Source: Hydrolagus colliei (taxonomy: Eukaryota). Taken from it: a stretch of DNA of 64,000 bases. This document shows positions 60,849 through 64,000 of the stretch, in pieces. The notes below the pieces were generated by a model. The model was given only the letters and a program-made list of their open reading frames with translations. It made no database searches and was not told the DNA's origin. The translations under genes were made by a program, and so were the position numbers. The stretch lies in NCBI GenBank assembly GCA_035084275.1, contig CM068745.1, forward strand, positions 83,576,001 to 83,640,000, written 5' to 3'. The number at the start of each line of letters is the position of its first letter. The first letter of the stretch is position 1.

Positions 60849-63022
60849 GTCTCTGGATTCCCAAAGTGTAAACTGTGTGCAAGGATGGACTGTTGTGTGG
60901 CGGAAGGTCTCTTTGTGAATATTCTATGGAAACGTGGAACTTGTTCCCAGAAAACAAGAACTCTCGAGCCGCAGAACAGAAGCAAAAAAAGCCTCATTGA
61001 TACACAATGCAACACCTTTATTTCCACAACAGCATCCAATTACCAGAGTTGGAATGTCCCATATACTGTACTTGAAATGTCACCCAAGTTCTGGTTGTAC
61101 AAACCTTTGTCTGTTTGGAAGCTTTCTATATTTAGTCTGTATGAAGTGTATTGCAAACAAAATACAAGTAAAGAAAGAATGACGGACTGTCTGACACGGT
61201 GACAGCAAAATAAGATTCTTCGATGCCCTTGAGGAACATTGACAATGTGACAACAAAAAAAAAAAACTTGGCTTGCCTATCGCACTGACAATGCCTGTAA
61301 ACACCGTAGTTAATGTTACGCACTCACACGATGATGTGCAATGCTAATCGTATCACGACACAATAGCAGGTATTAGGGGTCAGCAGTCAGCAGTGTTAAA
61401 AGAGTGAAGTTCAAGCCATGAAGTGCAAACGTGGCTGGCGCCAGTTTTGAAACTATCGCTGATAGCAACATTATCATATTGCTTTACGACGGTCAGGTTC
61501 ACAGTGCCATTTGAGTGTTACACCGCAACTGTTGCAACTGCGGTGAGATACAGCCATGGATGTAATCCGCTATCGTGCATTTCCAGTGTGTTCAGCAATA
61601 TTAAAGCCGTAGTGCCTACACCTAATCATGTTCCAGCCCCGGTATAAATCCAATGTTCTTTCTAACTCATTGGCACCAAGGCAACAACACAAAATAACAC
61701 GGTGCTCTAGAGGTTTTGTTTTAATAATAGTATCATAAGAGCAAGTAATATTAAGCCTTCTGACAGATGGATTTGAAAGGTAAATAATGAACGGCACAAC
61801 GAAGGGCAACGTAAGTGTACAACATTCTCGAGATGGTGGGGCAAAGATAACAGGATGAGAGTGGAGGGGAATTGTGTAGATGTGAAAGTAAGAGCGCAGA
61901 TGGTGTGGTATTGGTGAGGCAGTACTGAGGAATCAGCGTGGGATCTCTTGTCAGCAATAACAGGACTGCAAAGAGCGAAGGCTACAAAATTGGTGAGAAA
62001 ATAGAAAAATTGATCGAGACAATGGTAATACTGCGCAAAAAAAAAGATAATTCAGTGCAGACAAATAGTGACAATGGCGGTGTATCAACTCAACATTAGA
62101 GAGAAAACAATGGTAGTGGAGCCATGTGAAATTGGTGGGACAGACGTAACAGAGCGATGTGAAGCTGGTCAGACAGCGGTGGTGGAAAAATGTAGCATCG
62201 GTAAAAGAGAGGAAATGGTGCATAGGACAACTAATGAGTCAGAAGTAATTGGATGGTAACAAATGATGATTGAATTGTTTGACGTTGCTAAACAGTAGTA
62301 ATAGAACTCTGTGACCTTAGTGGGGCAGTGGTATTAGATCAGTGTGATATTAGCCAGAGACTCGTAGAAGAGCAGTGTGAGCATTATGTGAAAGACTAAT
62401 CTTGTAATGGAGTTCAATGGAGACTCGATGGGTTGGCATTGGTGAGAGAGTAGACATGTAAAGGTAATCTAGAGGAGATGGGACTGTGATAACACTGGCT
62501 GACAGACAGCAGGAGCACAAATATTAATAGAATGAAAATTAGTTCATCATTTATCAGTTTAACATTTATATTCCAAACAAAGTCTCTTCAAAAAATGTGT
62601 GTGTGTGTTTTTTTTTAATGAATCTTCATTCTCAGGTTTAAGAAGATGTATCAAATAACTTTTTCTGATCTGAATATTGCATAAATGTGAACAGCGATAA
62701 TGAGAACAAAAGGAAAACAAGATCTCAGTGGCTGATTGAACTGTTTTTAATATAAATTTTGAAATAGCTGATCAGGTTCTCAAATTGTCATGTTAGCCTG
62801 AAACATGAAGTTGTAACAAAAGGCTAGCGGATGAATACCTTCAGACGATGACACTGTTTTTCTAGCTGTAATATTTGAAACTAAGACATCACTGTGGATT
62901 GCATGGGCTGTACCAAGAGTATAAAGGCTTTTATAACAAAAAAAATTATTGAGATCATCTTTTTAAAAATCGCAAATTGTATTTTCAAAGATCAAATGTG
63001 TAAAGCTGGTAATTTTATCTGA

Positions 63023-63028
63023 AATAAA
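63023..63028 (+). terminator. Candidate distal CASR polyadenylation signal
   Basis: AATAAA closing an AT-rich, repeat-poor stretch; repeats resume about 130 nt later. Confidence 0.45.
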
Positions 63029-63151
63029 AAAAAATCTGGCTAAAATGGCTGTTTGTAAGTCAACATATCTTGTGGTACTAATACTTTCTTGTACAATTTT
63101 GCATCCATACATCAAATATCAAATATTGTGATATTTGATGTATGGCTTTAG

Positions 63152-63455
63152 GGCTCCTGTAGTTCAGTGGTTCGAGCACTCGCCTCACAAGCGAGAGATC
63201 TGGGTTTGATTCCTGCAAGGGCAAAACCGTGGGCAGGTTTCCTTACTCCACACGCCTGATAACAATCCCTCAAAAAAAAAATCTGATCACTCAATTAATG
63301 ATTGTTTGTAGGACGCTGCTGTGCGCAATTGGCTGCCGAGTTTCGCCCACAAATGTACAGTCAATTCACTTTACAGCATATTCTGCAATGCTTTCGAGAA
63401 GCCTAGAAGTCGTGAAAAGCGCTATATCAAATGTAAGGATTATTATTATTATTAT
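63152..63455 (+). mobile_element. tRNA-derived Deu-core SINE, full length
   Basis: A box TAGTTCAGTGG, B box GGTTTGATTCC, core and (ATT)n tail. Confidence 0.88.
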
Positions 63456-63574
63456 ACGAGTGGTGATTCTGGTGTAAAGTCTGTGATAAAGTACAAGCAA
63501 GCATCACATTCATCTACTTCCCAATTATCAGGCGCTCTGCGATGCTACCCTGCCTGCTGAGCACTATACAAACG

Positions 63575-64000
63575 CAACAATAACTTTTACATGTATATAG
63601 AGCCCGGAAGGCGGTGACTGACCACAAGCCAAGGGCAGAGTGAGGGAGGAGGTTACTGTAAGCACCATCAAAAAGGAAGTTCTTTAGGCAGGATTTGAAG
63701 GTAGAGAGTGGGAAAGGCGAAGGGAATGAGGGAGATAGTTCCAGAGTTTGGGGGCCATAGTAGCTGAAGGCACAGCCACTGATGGTGGAGAGGAGGGCAC
63801 AAGGGACAAGTAGGAAGACGGAGATAGCTGAGGATCAAGGGGCAGCTGGTGGTGGAATTGGGGGTAAGCAGATCAGATAGGTAGGGAGGTGCGAGGAAAT
63901 TTAAGTGATTTGAAAACGGATGAGAAGATCTTGAAGTTGATCCGTTCGGTGACTGGGAGCCAGTGGACCCTAGCGAGGGCTGGTGTGATGAGGGAACGGA
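63575..64000 (-). mobile_element. L2 3' fragment, running off the window
   Basis: The minus strand encodes HWLPVTERINFKIF and LWNYLP...FKSCLK. Confidence 0.8.

Overview
Repeat-rich vertebrate genomic DNA, most likely from a cartilaginous fish. I infer this from a shark-type CaSR N-terminus and from abundant Deu-core tRNA SINEs, L2/CR1 LINEs and shark-type Penelope termini; a holocephalan is plausible but unproven. Genes: (1) a complete calcium-sensing receptor gene, CASR (+, six coding exons at 47652-60604, 1031 aa by my splice model, exon sizes close to the mammalian gene); (2) two three-exon stefin (type 1 cystatin) genes in convergent orientation (4931-6988 + and 10568-13331 -); (3) probably the last two exons of an unidentified gene at the window start. 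The most notable structure is the stefin pair. Exons 1-2 and most intron sequence are nearly identical, while exon 3, which carries the second protease-binding loop, is only 17/42 aa identical. This pattern fits a gene-conversion tract inside an older inverted duplication. Also present: minimal hammerhead-ribozyme motifs in Penelope-type repeats, a decayed endogenous retrovirus, hAT and Tigger MITEs (one with a matching empty site), further local inverted duplications, and a 247-N assembly gap. Exon coordinates were read base by base; repeat boundaries are approximate.
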